Shown here: in pieces, positions 1 to 8,976 of the stretch
Numbering within the stretch: the stretch's first letter is position 1
Layout of the letters: the number at the start of each line of letters is the position of its first letter
Assembly (NCBI GenBank): GCA_035316325.1
Contig: DATHJB010000135.1
Coordinates: 10,249 to 74,248, forward strand
Length of the DNA stretch: 64,000 bases
Origin: Acidimicrobiales bacterium
Lineage (GTDB): Bacteria > Actinomycetota > Acidimicrobiia > Acidimicrobiales > VFJN01
Reading direction: 5' to 3'
Notes under the pieces: model-generated
The model's input: the letters and a program-made list of their open reading frames with translations, nothing else
What the model was told of the DNA's origin: nothing
Databases searched by the model: none
Program-made: the position numbers and the translations under genes

Positions 1-772
1 CGACGGCCTCCGACCCGAGCGCGGTCACGGCCTGGGCGAAGGCCGCGGCCTGGACCGGGGCGAGGCCCCAGGAGTCGGCCGGGGGGACGCCGAGCCGAGG
101 GGTCGACGAACCGGGCGAGGTCGTCGTGACCGCGGAGAGGACAGAGAGGACCGACGCCGCGTCGGCGACCGTGCGGGTGAAGATCGAGACGCAGTCGATC
201 GAGCGGCAGGCAGGGACGACCCCGTCGATGCTGACCAGGCCCCGGGAGGGCTTGAGCCCGACGATGCCGTTGCACGCGGCCGGCACCCGGCCCGACCCCG
301 CGGTGTCGGTACCCAGGGCGAAGCGCACCACGCCCTCCGCGACGGCCACCGCCGACCCCGAGCTCGACCCGCCCGAGATCGACGCGGGGTCGAGCACGCT
401 GTGGCACACCCCGTACGGCGACCGGGTGCCCACCAGGCCGGTGGCGAACTGGTCGAGGTTGGTCTTGCCGATCAGCACCGCCCCCGCGTCGAGCAACCGT
501 TGGACGGCGGGCGCCGTCGTCGAGGCGACGTAGGCGAACGCCGGGCAGGCCGCGGTGGTGGTCATGCCGGCGACGTCGATGTTGTCCTTGACCGCGAACG
601 TCGTGCCCCACAGGGGACGACCCCGCGGCCCCTCGTCCTCCAGCGCCCGGGCCCGGGCCCGCGCGTCCTCGACCGGCACCACGCAGATCCACGCCGCCTC
701 CTGCCCGGCCGCCATCCGCGAGTACGCCTCGGCGACCGCCTCCGTCGGCGTCGGCGAGGGGCTCACGCTCAT
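1..772 (-). CDS. allophanate hydrolase (amidase-signature enzyme), N-terminal part only; gene runs off the left edge
   Basis: Not in the ORF track. My own minus-strand translation from ATG 772-770 gives MSVSPSPTPTEAVAEAYSRMAAG...FAVKDNIDVAGMTTTAACPAF...GKTNLDQFATGLVGTRSPYG...ISGGSSSGSAVAVAEG...GLKPSRGLVS, which carries the amidase signature GGSSSGS. ATGA start/stop overlap with the carboxylase gene. Confidence 0.85.
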   Translation of the reverse strand, partial: MSVSPSPTPTEAVAEAYSRMAAGQEAAWICVVPVEDARARARALEDEGPRGRPLWGTTFAVKDNIDVAGMTTTAACPAFAYVASTTAPAVQRLLDAGAVLIGKTNLDQFATGLVGTRSPYGVCHSVLDPASISGGSSSGSAVAVAEGVVRFALGTDTAGSGRVPAACNGIVGLKPSRGLVSIDGVVPACRSIDCVSIFTRTVADAASVLSVLSAVTTTSPGSSTPRLGVPPADSWGLAPVQAAAFAQAVTALGSEAV

Positions 773-3700
773 CGGGGCATCACCACCGCCAGGATCCGGC
801 CCGGGGCCACCAGCTCGCCGGGCTCGCACGCCAGCCGGACCACCGTCGCCGCCTCGGGCGCCCGCAGCACGGTCTCGGTCTTCATCGCCTCCAGCACCAC
901 CATCGTGTCGCCGGCCTCCAGGCGGTCGCCCTCCTTCACGGCCACCGACCACACCCGCGCCGCCAACGGCGCCGTGACCGCCCACGCCCCGTCGGGCACC
1001 TCCACCTCGGGCCCCGCAGCCGGCGCCTCCAGCATGCTCCGCTCGATCGCGTCGGCCGCCGCCAGCTCGCCCCGCGCCTCCCAGGCCTCCCGCTCGGCGC
1101 CGAACGCGGCCCGCTGGTGGGCCCCGAAGGCGGCGATGCCCTCGGCCTCTGCGGCCAGGAAGCCGTGGTGCTCGGCGATCGACAAGGTGCCGTCGGTGAT
1201 CTCCGGCGACCAGCGCCCGGCGTCGCGCTCGGCCCGTAGCTCCAGCAGCTCGTCGGCCTCCACCGGGTAGAAGCGCAGCCGGTCGAAGAACCGCAGCAGC
1301 CAGGGCGTCTCCCCCTCGGCCGGCCAGCGACGCCACATCTGGGTGGTGCGGCCGATGAACTGGTAGCCGCCCGGCCCCTCCATCCCGTAGACGCACAGGT
1401 ACGCGCCGCCGATGCCGACGGCGTTCTCCGGCGTCCAGGTGCGGGCCGGGTTGTACTTGGTGGTGACCAGGCGGTGCCGCGGGTCGAGCGGCGTGGCGAC
1501 CGGGGCGCCCAGGTAGACGTCGCCCAGGCCGTAGACCACGTAGTCGGCGGCGAACGCGATGGCCCGCACGTCGTCGATCGAGTCGAGCCCGTTGACCCGC
1601 CGGATGAACTCCAGGTTGCTGGGGCACCAGGGCGCGTCGGGTCGCACCGAGCGCATGTAGATGTCGATGGCCTTGCGCACGGCGGGGTCGTCCCACGACA
1701 GCGGCAGGTGGACCACCCGGCTGGGCAGCACCACGTCGTCGACGCCGGGCAGCTCGCTATCGGCCCGCCTGACCAGGTCGATGGCCTGCTCGACGGTGAG
1801 GTCGTGCCCGTCCACCTGCACCTGCAGCGAGCGGATCCCCGGCGTCAGGTCGACCACACCGGCGACCTGCTCGGCGGCGAACCAGGCGGCCAGCTGGTGG
1901 ACGCGCACCCGCAAGTCGAGGTCGAGCACGGGCAGCCCGACCTCGACCAGCAGGTGGCGGTCGCCGCTGCGTCGGAAGGTGAGCGGGGGCCGGGCGGTCG
2001 GCTCCGTCCGACCGAGGACGGTCACTGCCGGGCCGGTCCGTCGAGCGAGGGCAGGGAGGGGTTCGATCCCCGCGGCGCCGCCCGCCGGCGCCGCGAGGAT
2101 CGCGTCCTGAGCCCTCCGTCCCGCCTCGGCCGCTGCGACCGTCACGGGCACGAGGCGCACCTTGTCGCCCGCCCGGAGCTGGCCGATCTTCCACAGGTCG
2201 GCGTCGACGACCGTGGCGGGACACACGAAGCCGCCGAGGCTGGGGCCGTCGGGGCCGAGGATGACCGGCATGTCGCCGGTGAAGTCGACGGTGCCGACGG
2301 CGTAGGCGTTGTCGTGGATGTTCGACGGGTGCAGCCCGGCCTCGCCGCCGTCGGGTCGGGCCCACGACAGCCGCGGCCCCACCAGCCGCACGCCGGTCCG
2401 CGCCGAGTTGTAGTGGACCTCCCAGTCGGTGCCGTACAGCAGCTCGACGTCGTCGTCGGTGAGGTACTCGGGTGCGGCGTGGGGACCGTCGAGCACCGCC
2501 AGCGACCAGCGGTCGGTCAGCTCGGGGGCCACCTCCGCCGGGAGTCCCGCGGCAACGACAGGGGCGACGGGCTCCGGGTCGATCCGCAGCAGGTCGCCCG
2601 GCTGCAGCTCCCGTCCGGCCAGGCCGCCGAAGCCCCCCAGGTCGAACGTGGTGCGGCTGCCCAGCACCTCCGGGACGGCCAGCCCGCCCCGCACGGTCAG
2701 GTACGCCCGCGCCCCGGCACCGACGATGCGACCCAACCGCAGCGTCGCGCCGGCCGGCACCTCGATCGGCCGAAACTGCGACAGAACCGGCCCGTTTCGG
2801 GCGTCTCCTGTCGCAACTTCGAGCTGGGCCGACATGTCGGCACCCATGAGGCAGACGACGGCCGGGCGGTGGAACAGCAGGGTCGGGCCGGCGACGGAGC
2901 ACTCCAGGCCGGCGGCATCCGGCCGGTTGCCGAGCAGCTGGTTGCCCAGGCGGAACGACCAGTCGTCCATCGGCCCGCTGGGCGGCACCCCGACCGACCA
3001 GTAGCCCCGCCGTCCGGGGTACGACACGACCAGCGACCGCCCGCCCGACTCGCTCCCGGTCGCCCCCACCTCGACCGCGTAGGGACGAAAGGGCAGGTCG
3101 GCCAGCAGCGCCGTGGTGGCACGCCCCGCCACGAACCGCGGATCGGCGAGGATCGCCTGCAGGTGCTCGACGTTGGTCTCGATGCCGTCGAGCTGCAGCT
3201 CCGCCAGCGCCCCGTCGAGCCGGGCCAGCGCCGCCGAGCGATCCGGGCCGTGCGCGAGCACCTTCAGCAGCAGCGGGTCGTACCAGGGAGTGACCTCGGT
3301 GCCCGCCTCCACCCACCCGTCGCAGCGCACGCCGTCACCCGACGGGAGCCGCACGTGGGTCAGTCGACCCGGGCTGGGCTGGAACTCCCGGGCCGGGTTC
3401 TCGGCGTACACCCGGGCCTCGACGGCGTGCCCGGTCCCGACCGGCACCGGCGACGAGAACATCCCCCGGTCGCCGGCGGCTAGCCGCACCATCCACGCCA
3501 CCAGGTCGACGTCGTGGGTCAGCTCGGTCACGCCGTGCTCCACCTGCAGCCGGGTGTTCACCTCCAGGAAGTGGTGCTCCCCGGAGTCGGCGTCGACCAC
3601 GAACTCCACGGTCCCGGCCGACCGGTAGCCGACCGCGGCGGCCAGCGCCCGGGCATCGGCCACCAGCGCCGCCCGCGTCGCCGGCGCCAGCCCGACGGCG

Positions 3701-4449
3701 GGCGTCTCTTCCACCACCTTCTGGTTGCGCCGCTGCACCGAGCAGTCCCGCTCGCCCAACGTCAGCACCGCGCCCTGCCCGTCGCCGAACACCTGCACCT
3801 CGACGTGGCGGGCCCGGGGCAGGAACCGCTCCAGGTACACGTCGGCCGACCCGAAGTTGGCGGACGCGAGGTGCGTCACCTGGTCGAACGCGGCCTCCAG
3901 ATCGTCCGCCGAACGGCACACCCGCAGCCCGATGCCGCCCCCACCGGCGCTCGACTTCAGCATCACCGGGTAGCCGATCGACTCCGCCGCCTCCACCGCC
4001 GCCGAGACCGACGCCAGCAGCTCCGTCCCCGGCAGCAGCGGCACGCCCACCGACCGGGCGACCTCCCGGGCCAGGTGCTTCTCCCCGAACTGCCGCAGCT
4101 GGTCCGGCGTCGGTCCGACGAACGCGACCCCCGCGGCCTCGGCCAGCTCGGCGAAGTCGGCCCGCTCCGACAGGAACCCGTAGCCCGGGTGGATGGCACC
4201 GGCGCCCGTCGCCACCGCCGCGTCGACGATGCGCGCCGCCTGCAGGTACGAGTCGTCGGCCGCCGCCGGCCCGAGCCGCACCGCCTGGTCGGCCATGCGC
4301 ACGTGGGCCGCGCCCCGGTCGGCGTCGGAGTGGACGGCCACCGCCTCGCAGCCCAGGTCGTGCAGCGTGCGGATGATGCGACAGGCGATCTCCCCCCGGT
4401 TCGCCACCAACACCCGCTCGAACGGCGGCAATGGGCGGCGCCCGCTCAA
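769..4449 (-). CDS. urea carboxylase family enzyme (possibly guanidine carboxylase): biotin carboxylase + AHS1/AHS2 carboxyltransferase + biotinyl carrier domains
   Basis: Part of track ORF 769..5301. Contains ERVLVANRGEIACRIIR, GYPVMLKSSAGGGGIG, allophanate-hydrolase-subunit-like middle domains and a C-terminal biotinylation motif VVLEAMKTE. Start taken as TTG 4449, overlapping the upstream TGA (TTGA). An alternative in-frame TTG lies at 4431. Confidence 0.9.
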   Translation of the reverse strand: MSGRRPLPPFERVLVANRGEIACRIIRTLHDLGCEAVAVHSDADRGAAHVRMADQAVRLGPAAADDSYLQAARIVDAAVATGAGAIHPGYGFLSERADFAELAEAAGVAFVGPTPDQLRQFGEKHLAREVARSVGVPLLPGTELLASVSAAVEAAESIGYPVMLKSSAGGGGIGLRVCRSADDLEAAFDQVTHLASANFGSADVYLERFLPRARHVEVQVFGDGQGAVLTLGERDCSVQRRNQKVVEETPAVGLAPATRAALVADARALAAAVGYRSAGTVEFVVDADSGEHHFLEVNTRLQVEHGVTELTHDVDLVAWMVRLAAGDRGMFSSPVPVGTGHAVEARVYAENPAREFQPSPGRLTHVRLPSGDGVRCDGWVEAGTEVTPWYDPLLLKVLAHGPDRSAALARLDGALAELQLDGIETNVEHLQAILADPRFVAGRATTALLADLPFRPYAVEVGATGSESGGRSLVVSYPGRRGYWSVGVPPSGPMDDWSFRLGNQLLGNRPDAAGLECSVAGPTLLFHRPAVVCLMGADMSAQLEVATGDARNGPVLSQFRPIEVPAGATLRLGRIVGAGARAYLTVRGGLAVPEVLGSRTTFDLGGFGGLAGRELQPGDLLRIDPEPVAPVVAAGLPAEVAPELTDRWSLAVLDGPHAAPEYLTDDDVELLYGTDWEVHYNSARTGVRLVGPRLSWARPDGGEAGLHPSNIHDNAYAVGTVDFTGDMPVILGPDGPSLGGFVCPATVVDADLWKIGQLRAGDKVRLVPVTVAAAEAGRRAQDAILAAPAGGAAGIEPLPALARRTGPAVTVLGRTEPTARPPLTFRRSGDRHLLVEVGLPVLDLDLRVRVHQLAAWFAAEQVAGVVDLTPGIRSLQVQVDGHDLTVEQAIDLVRRADSELPGVDDVVLPSRVVHLPLSWDDPAVRKAIDIYMRSVRPDAPWCPSNLEFIRRVNGLDSIDDVRAIAFAADYVVYGLGDVYLGAPVATPLDPRHRLVTTKYNPARTWTPENAVGIGGAYLCVYGMEGPGGYQFIGRTTQMWRRWPAEGETPWLLRFFDRLRFYPVEADELLELRAERDAGRWSPEITDGTLSIAEHHGFLAAEAEGIAAFGAHQRAAFGAEREAWEARGELAAADAIERSMLEAPAAGPEVEVPDGAWAVTAPLAARVWSVAVKEGDRLEAGDTMVVLEAMKTETVLRAPEAATVVRLACEPGELVAPGRILAVVMPR
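2770..2823 (+). repeat. degenerate copy of the same palindromic repeat, inside the carboxylase coding sequence
   Basis: CCGAAACTGCGACAGAACCGGCCCGTTTCGGGCGTCTCCTGTCGCAACTTCGAG. The first 17 nt match copy D at 16 of 17 positions. The right arm CTGTCGCAACTTCGAG pairs with the left arm at 12 of 15 positions. It lacks the ATGGCGCCAT core. Confidence 0.55.
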
Positions 4450-5054
4450 CGAGACACCACGACCCGGATCGGGGTGGGGTTGAAGTCGTTGCAGGGGTTG
4501 TTGATCTGCGGGCAGTTGGAGACGGCGACGAGCACGGGTCGCTCGGCCCGCAGCTCCACGTACTTCCCGGGTGCGGAGAGCCCGTCGACGATGCCGAGCG
4601 AACCGTCGGCCTCCACCGGCACGTTCATGAACCAGTTGACGTTGCTGACCATGTCGCGCTTGCCCCGCCCGTAGGGCGCCAGGGCGGTGAGGAAGTTGTC
4701 GATGCAGGCGTGCTGGTGCTTGGTGTGGTGCCCGTAGCGCACGGTGTTCGACTCGCACGAGCAGGCGCCGCCGATGGTGTCGTGGCGCCCCACGACGTCG
4801 TCGACGACCGTGAGCAGCGGTTCTCCCTCGCCGTCGCGCAGCACGGAGCCGGTGGTGAGGAAGATGTTGCGCTGGGCGGCGATGGTGACCGAGGCGTCGT
4901 ACCGCAGGTCGGGATCGACGGCGTCGTAGACGATGAAGTCGACGGCCTGGTTGCCTTCGAGGTCGACGATGCGCAGGGTGTCGCCGGTCTCCAGGCGACG
5001 CGACCACGGCGCCCGGGCGGGCACGACCTCGTCGAGGATCACCGAGCCGGTCAC
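4446..5054 (-). CDS. urea-carboxylase-associated DUF1989 protein (carboxyguanidine-deiminase-subunit-like), short paralogue
   Basis: C-terminal 202 aa of track ORF 4446..5774: VTGSVILDEVVPARAPWSRRLETGDTLRIVDLEGNQAVDF...GGACSCESN...NCPQINNPCN. GTG start at 5054 overlaps the upstream stop (GTGA). Confidence 0.85.
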   Translation of the reverse strand: MTGSVILDEVVPARAPWSRRLETGDTLRIVDLEGNQAVDFIVYDAVDPDLRYDASVTIAAQRNIFLTTGSVLRDGEGEPLLTVVDDVVGRHDTIGGACSCESNTVRYGHHTKHQHACIDNFLTALAPYGRGKRDMVSNVNWFMNVPVEADGSLGIVDGLSAPGKYVELRAERPVLVAVSNCPQINNPCNDFNPTPIRVVVSR

Positions 5055-5941
5055 GGTGCCACCGCCCCGCTGGCGGCGCCGGACGACGAGAGCGTGAGCA
5101 GCACGTCGTCGGTGTTCTCGAACGCCCGCTGCGCCTCGGGTGACGCGGTGCGGGCGGGGTGGTCGGGGCCGGCCGCCGCCCCCGACCACCCCGTGAGCCG
5201 CACCTCGCCGCCCGTGTACGCCGGCCGCTCGTCGAGCGGGTGGGGCGTGACGGCGACGGTGACCAGCACGTCGAGCTCGGCGCGCAGGGTGAGGTGCGCA
5301 CCCGGCGGCCCCGAGGGGGTCAACGCCAGCCCGCCGTCGGCGTCGACCCGCACGGAGCGGAACAGGTTGGCGCTGGGGGGCAGGTCGCGCCGGGTGAGCC
5401 CGTGCTTGGCCAGCCCCAGCAGCAGCCGGTCGCGCCCGCTGGGCGTGGGGGAGTGGTTGCCGCTCCCGCCGTACCGCTCCGCGACGGCCCGCCGGGTCGA
5501 CGCGCCGCACAGCAGGTCGAGCGCCCCCGTGCTGTCCGGCAGGATCGAGCACAGGACCCGCCCCATGTCGGACAGCAGCAGCGCCCCCGCCCCCAGGTAG
5601 GCGTTCCACTGGAGCTTGACGGTGTCGGCCACGTTGAGGCGCTCGATCGGCCGGGCCGCGTGGTGGAGCACCAGGTTGACGTTGGTGTCGCCGTCGACAT
5701 CCGTGAGCTGCAGGTGCGTGCCCCGCCGGATCACCCGGCTGGCGTAGCCGCCCAGCGCCAGCGTCTCGTCCCACACGACGGAGGACGCCTCGACGCCGGG
5801 CGGCAGGTCGGTGGCGGTCGACGCCGGGATGGTCGGCTGCGTGGTCATCGCGGCCGCCGCGGCGCTGGCGGCCTGGGCCCGGGCGTGGTCCCGGGCTCCG
5901 AGCACGGTGCCCGTTCCGCTGTCCGACGTCGGCGTGTCCAT
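5051..5941 (-). CDS. urea-carboxylase-associated DUF1989 protein (carboxyguanidine-deiminase-subunit-like), long paralogue
   Basis: C-terminal 296 aa of track ORF 5051..7135: MDTPTSDSG...GYASRVIRRGTHLQLTDVDGDTNVNLVLHH...LRAELDVLVTVAVTPHPLD. ATG 5941 is preceded by GAGGCTGGGGG. Third-codon positions are almost all G/C from this ATG on and are not upstream of it. An alternative ATG lies at 5977. Confidence 0.8.
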   Translation of the reverse strand: MDTPTSDSGTGTVLGARDHARAQAASAAAAAMTTQPTIPASTATDLPPGVEASSVVWDETLALGGYASRVIRRGTHLQLTDVDGDTNVNLVLHHAARPIERLNVADTVKLQWNAYLGAGALLLSDMGRVLCSILPDSTGALDLLCGASTRRAVAERYGGSGNHSPTPSGRDRLLLGLAKHGLTRRDLPPSANLFRSVRVDADGGLALTPSGPPGAHLTLRAELDVLVTVAVTPHPLDERPAYTGGEVRLTGWSGAAAGPDHPARTASPEAQRAFENTDDVLLTLSSSGAASGAVAP

Positions 5942-5961
5942 CCAGCCCCCAGCCTCGTTCA

Positions 5962-5986
5962 GGTTTTCTACTGACATTCGGAAACC
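5962..5986. promoter_or_regulatory. candidate TetR operator S1 in the divergent DUF1989 / TetR promoter region
   Basis: GGTTTTCTACTGACATTCGGAAACC is an imperfect 25-bp palindrome (9 of 12 pairs). It is AT-rich in a GC-rich genome and shares the core TTTCTAnnGACATTCG with 6906-6930. Confidence 0.5.
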
Positions 5987-6103
5987 CGTCCGAGGATGGC
6001 CCTGCGAGGACGCCTCGTCAACGTCCCGCGTCGAGTTTTCACACCGCGGAAACGTGCGCCACCGACGGCGAGGAAATCCCGGGCGAAAGGTACAGTCGCC
6101 GGC

Positions 6104-6841
6104 GTGCCGCGCCGTTTGCCCGCCTCCGGTACGACTCCGCCGCCGGCCGTCCGCCGGCCGGGTCGACCGCGGACGCGACCCCGTCAGGGCGACGACAGCG
6201 ACGCCCGCGGCGACATCGTCCGCGCCGCCGCCGAGCTGTTCGGCGCCCGTGGGGTCCACAGCGTGACCATGGCCGAGATCGCCGAGCGCGCCGGCCTCCA
6301 ACAGCCCTCGCTCTACTACTACTTCCGCTCCAAGCTCGACGTGCTGCGGCACATCCTGGCCGACGTCAACCGCATCCCGCTGTCGATCGTCGAGCGGGCC
6401 CGCAACACCGAGGGCCCGGTGGCCGTGCGTCTCTTTTGGCTCGTCCACCAGGATGTTCTCGCCCTCTGCGCCTTCCCGTTCGACATCAACGAGGTACACC
6501 GGCTCTCCGCCGGCAACCCCGAGGAGTTCGACGGCTACTGGGTGGAGCGCCAGCACCTCAACGACGAGGTCGAGGCGCTGATCGCCGAGGGCATCGCCGC
6601 GGGCGAGCTGCGTGAGGTCGACCCGCGGCTGGCGGCGCTGATGGTGCTCGCCAACGACGAGGCCACGCAGAACTGGTACCGGCCGGTGGCGGGGCGTCGG
6701 CTGGCCGGTCGGGCCGACCCGGCGCTCGGCGACTACTCGCCCGAGGAGATCGCCGACCAGGCGGCCGAGGCGGCGCTGCGCCATCTGCTGGTGCGAACAG
6801 CCTCGGTAGATGCGGTGCGCTCCCGCGCGCTCTCCATTTGA
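6104..6841 (+). CDS. TetR/AcrR family transcriptional regulator
   Basis: Track ORF 5996..6841. HTH region IVRAAAELFGARGVHSVTMAEIAERAGLQQPSLYYYFRSK. The first 36 codons after ATG 5996 have 13 A/T-ending codons, which looks non-coding, so I place the start at the in-frame GTG 6104. The start remains uncertain. Confidence 0.75.
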   Translation: MPRRLPASGTTPPPAVRRPGRPRTRPRQGDDSDARGDIVRAAAELFGARGVHSVTMAEIAERAGLQQPSLYYYFRSKLDVLRHILADVNRIPLSIVERARNTEGPVAVRLFWLVHQDVLALCAFPFDINEVHRLSAGNPEEFDGYWVERQHLNDEVEALIAEGIAAGELREVDPRLAALMVLANDEATQNWYRPVAGRRLAGRADPALGDYSPEEIADQAAEAALRHLLVRTASVDAVRSRALSI

Positions 6842-6905
6842 CGTACGGTCCTGCCTGTTGGGGCCCTTGGTCATCAACGCGTCAGCTACTAGCCACACGC
6901 TGTTG

Positions 6906-6930
6906 TTTCTAAGGACATTCGACAGAAATG
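6906..6930. promoter_or_regulatory. candidate TetR operator S2 upstream of the ABC substrate-binding gene
   Basis: GTTTCTAAGGACATTCGACAGAAAT, with the inverted pair TTTCT/AGAAA. It matches S1 at 14 of 16 positions over TTTCTAnnGACATTCG. It lies between the TetR stop (6841) and the SBP start (6987). Confidence 0.5.
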
Positions 6931-6986
6931 CCGCGTCCCCTACGGTCGTGGCCGCGAACTGGACGCATTGCTGGAGGAGTCGATCC

Positions 6987-8039
6987 GTGCCGAGTAAGAC
7001 CCGATCCCGTTGGGCCTGGCTACCGCTTGTCCCACTGCTCATCGCCGTCTCCGCCTGTGGTGACGACGACGACGCCGAGACCGGCAGCGGTAGCGGCAGT
7101 GAGCCGGCGGAGTCGAGCAGCGGTGAACCCATCACCCTGGGCTACAGCGCCTGGCCGGGGTGGTTCCCGTGGGCCGTCACCGAGGAGGCGGGCATCTTCG
7201 ACGAGGTCGGCCTCGAGGTCGACCTGACGTTCTTCGCCGACTACCTGACCTCGCTGGAAGCCATGGCGACCGGCGAGATCGACGCCAACAGCCAGACCCT
7301 CAACGACACGCTCGTGTCGGTGTCCGCGGGCAGCGACCAGCGGATCGTGATCACCAACGACAACTCGGCCGGCAACGACGCCATCATCGTCGACGAGTCG
7401 ATCACGAGCATCGCCGACCTGGAGGGCAAGACCGTCGCCGCCGAGCTGGGCGTGGTCGACCACTTCCTGCTGCTGCAGGGCCTCGCCGAAGAGGGCCTCA
7501 CCGAGGCGGACGTCGACTTCCGCGGCGTGCTCACCGATGCCGCCGCCACCGGCTTCGCCAACGGGGAGTTCGACGCGGTGGGCGTGTTCGCCCCGTTCAC
7601 GCTGACCGCCCTGGAGCGGCCCGGCTCCCACGTGCTGTTCGACTCGTCCGACTTCCCCGGCACCATCCCCGACCACCTGGTCGTCACACCCGAGATGGTC
7701 GAGGACCGGCCCGAGGACGTCCAGAAGCTGGTCGACGCCTGGTACGCCACGCTCGACTACATGGAGGAGAACCCGGAGGAGGCCCGGGAGATCATGGCGG
7801 GCGTCGCCGAGATCTCGCCGGAGGAGTACGAGTCGCTCGAGGCCGGCACGAAGCTCTTCAGCGCCGAGGAGGCCCTGGCGGCCTTCGAGGGCGAGGAGGC
7901 TCCCGAGGGCCTGGCGCCGATGGCCGAGCAGATCAGCGAGTTCCTGGTCACCGCCGGGCTCGCCGAGGAGGCCCCGCCGCTCGACGACCTGCTCGACCCC
8001 TCCTTCACCCAGGACTACATCGACCGGAACGGTGACTGA
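6987..8039 (+). CDS. ABC transporter substrate-binding lipoprotein, NitT/TauT (NMT1/SsuA-like) family
   Basis: Track ORF 6810..8039. GTG 6987 lies 7 nt after GGAGGAG. Signal peptide with lipobox LLIAVSAC. ITLGYSAWPGWFPWAV is typical of this SBP family. Confidence 0.85.
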   Translation: MPSKTRSRWAWLPLVPLLIAVSACGDDDDAETGSGSGSEPAESSSGEPITLGYSAWPGWFPWAVTEEAGIFDEVGLEVDLTFFADYLTSLEAMATGEIDANSQTLNDTLVSVSAGSDQRIVITNDNSAGNDAIIVDESITSIADLEGKTVAAELGVVDHFLLLQGLAEEGLTEADVDFRGVLTDAAATGFANGEFDAVGVFAPFTLTALERPGSHVLFDSSDFPGTIPDHLVVTPEMVEDRPEDVQKLVDAWYATLDYMEENPEEAREIMAGVAEISPEEYESLEAGTKLFSAEEALAAFEGEEAPEGLAPMAEQISEFLVTAGLAEEAPPLDDLLDPSFTQDYIDRNGD

Positions 8040-8976
8040 GATCGGTCGTTCGTCCACCACCTCGGGGGCGGCGCCCATGCCGACGGGCTCGGCAGCCTCG
8101 GCGGGTACAGCGGCCGCGACGTCTGCACCAGCAGCGTCGCGGCCGTCGCCTGCCCCCGCCGGTAGAGGGAGAGGCAAGGGGCGGGGCCGGCGGCCGATCC
8201 TGCTGCTGGAGCTGCGGAGCCAGCTGCCCGGCTACGTCCGCTGGCTGCTCGCCGCCCTGGGCCTGGCGGCGGTCTTCGCCCTGTGGCTGTGGGCGGCGAG
8301 CCGGCCCAGCCGGACCGTCATCGTCCCGTCGCCGGGCGACACCTGGACGGCGCTGCGCGAGCTGTGGACCGACGGGCTCCTGTGGAGCGACCTCACGGCG
8401 TCGGGGGAGCGCATCCTCTACGGCTACTCGATCTCGATGGCGATCGGCATCGTGCTGGGTGTCGCCATGGGTTCGCTGCTGGCCGTCGAGGCGACGTTCG
8501 AGGCCCCGATCGCCTTCATGCGCTACGTCCCCGCGGCCGCCCTGACCCCGTTGATGATGTCGTGGCTGGGGATCGACGAGAGCCCCAAGATCACGCTGAT
8601 CGTGCTGGGCACGGTGTTCTTCAACGTCCTGATGGTGGGCGACGTCGCCCGGGCCGTGCCCCGCGAGCTGATCGAGGCCAGCTACACGCTGGGTGCCCGG
8701 CGGACGACGGTGCTGGGGAGGATCGTGTTCCGGCACTCCCTGCCCGGGATCATCGACGTGGCGCGGATCAACCTGGCCGCCGCCTGGCTGATGCTGGTGG
8801 TGTCCGAGCTGCTGGCCGCCAACGAGGGCCTGGCGTTCCGGATCATCAAGGCGCAGCGGTTCAAGAACTACGACACGATGTTCGCCGTGCTGCTGGTGTT
8901 CGGCGTGGTCGGTGTGGTGACCGACCTGGCGTTGCGCTGGTTGCGCAACCTCTCGTCCCCGTGGGCCCGGCCATGA
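8032..8976 (+). CDS. ABC transporter permease, NitT/TauT family
   Basis: Track ORF 8032..8976. Multi-TM protein with the EAA-type loop LIEASYTLGARRTTVLGRIVFRHSLPGI. GTG start overlaps the SBP stop. Confidence 0.85.
   Translation: MTEIGRSSTTSGAAPMPTGSAASAGTAAATSAPAASRPSPAPAGRGRGKGRGRRPILLLELRSQLPGYVRWLLAALGLAAVFALWLWAASRPSRTVIVPSPGDTWTALRELWTDGLLWSDLTASGERILYGYSISMAIGIVLGVAMGSLLAVEATFEAPIAFMRYVPAAALTPLMMSWLGIDESPKITLIVLGTVFFNVLMVGDVARAVPRELIEASYTLGARRTTVLGRIVFRHSLPGIIDVARINLAAAWLMLVVSELLAANEGLAFRIIKAQRFKNYDTMFAVLLVFGVVGVVTDLALRWLRNLSSPWARP

Noticed and set aside
6030-6092. Partial resemblance to the guanidine-I (ykkC) riboswitch. On the plus strand, GTCCGAGGA (5988-5996) resembles GUCCGAGAG, and ACGGCGAGGAAATCCCGGGCGAAAGG (6065-6090) resembles the conserved ACGGCGGGAUAAAAGCCCGGGAGA. 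GGACGGGTTTCCG on the minus strand resembles CUAGGGUUCCG.
   Set aside because: The pieces are on inconsistent strands and in the wrong order. The P3-like segment cannot form the required CGGG/CCCG stem. The minus-strand leader before ATG 5941 is too short for the full aptamer. A covariance-model scan would be needed to overturn this.
5996-6103. ATG 5996 as the TetR start (281-aa version), and ATG 5977 as the start of the long DUF1989 gene.
   Set aside because: Codons between these ATGs and the chosen starts are rich in A/T third positions: 13 of 36 for the TetR extension and 4 of 12 for the DUF1989 extension. This is unlike coding sequence in this window. The extensions would also leave almost no promoter space around operator S1.
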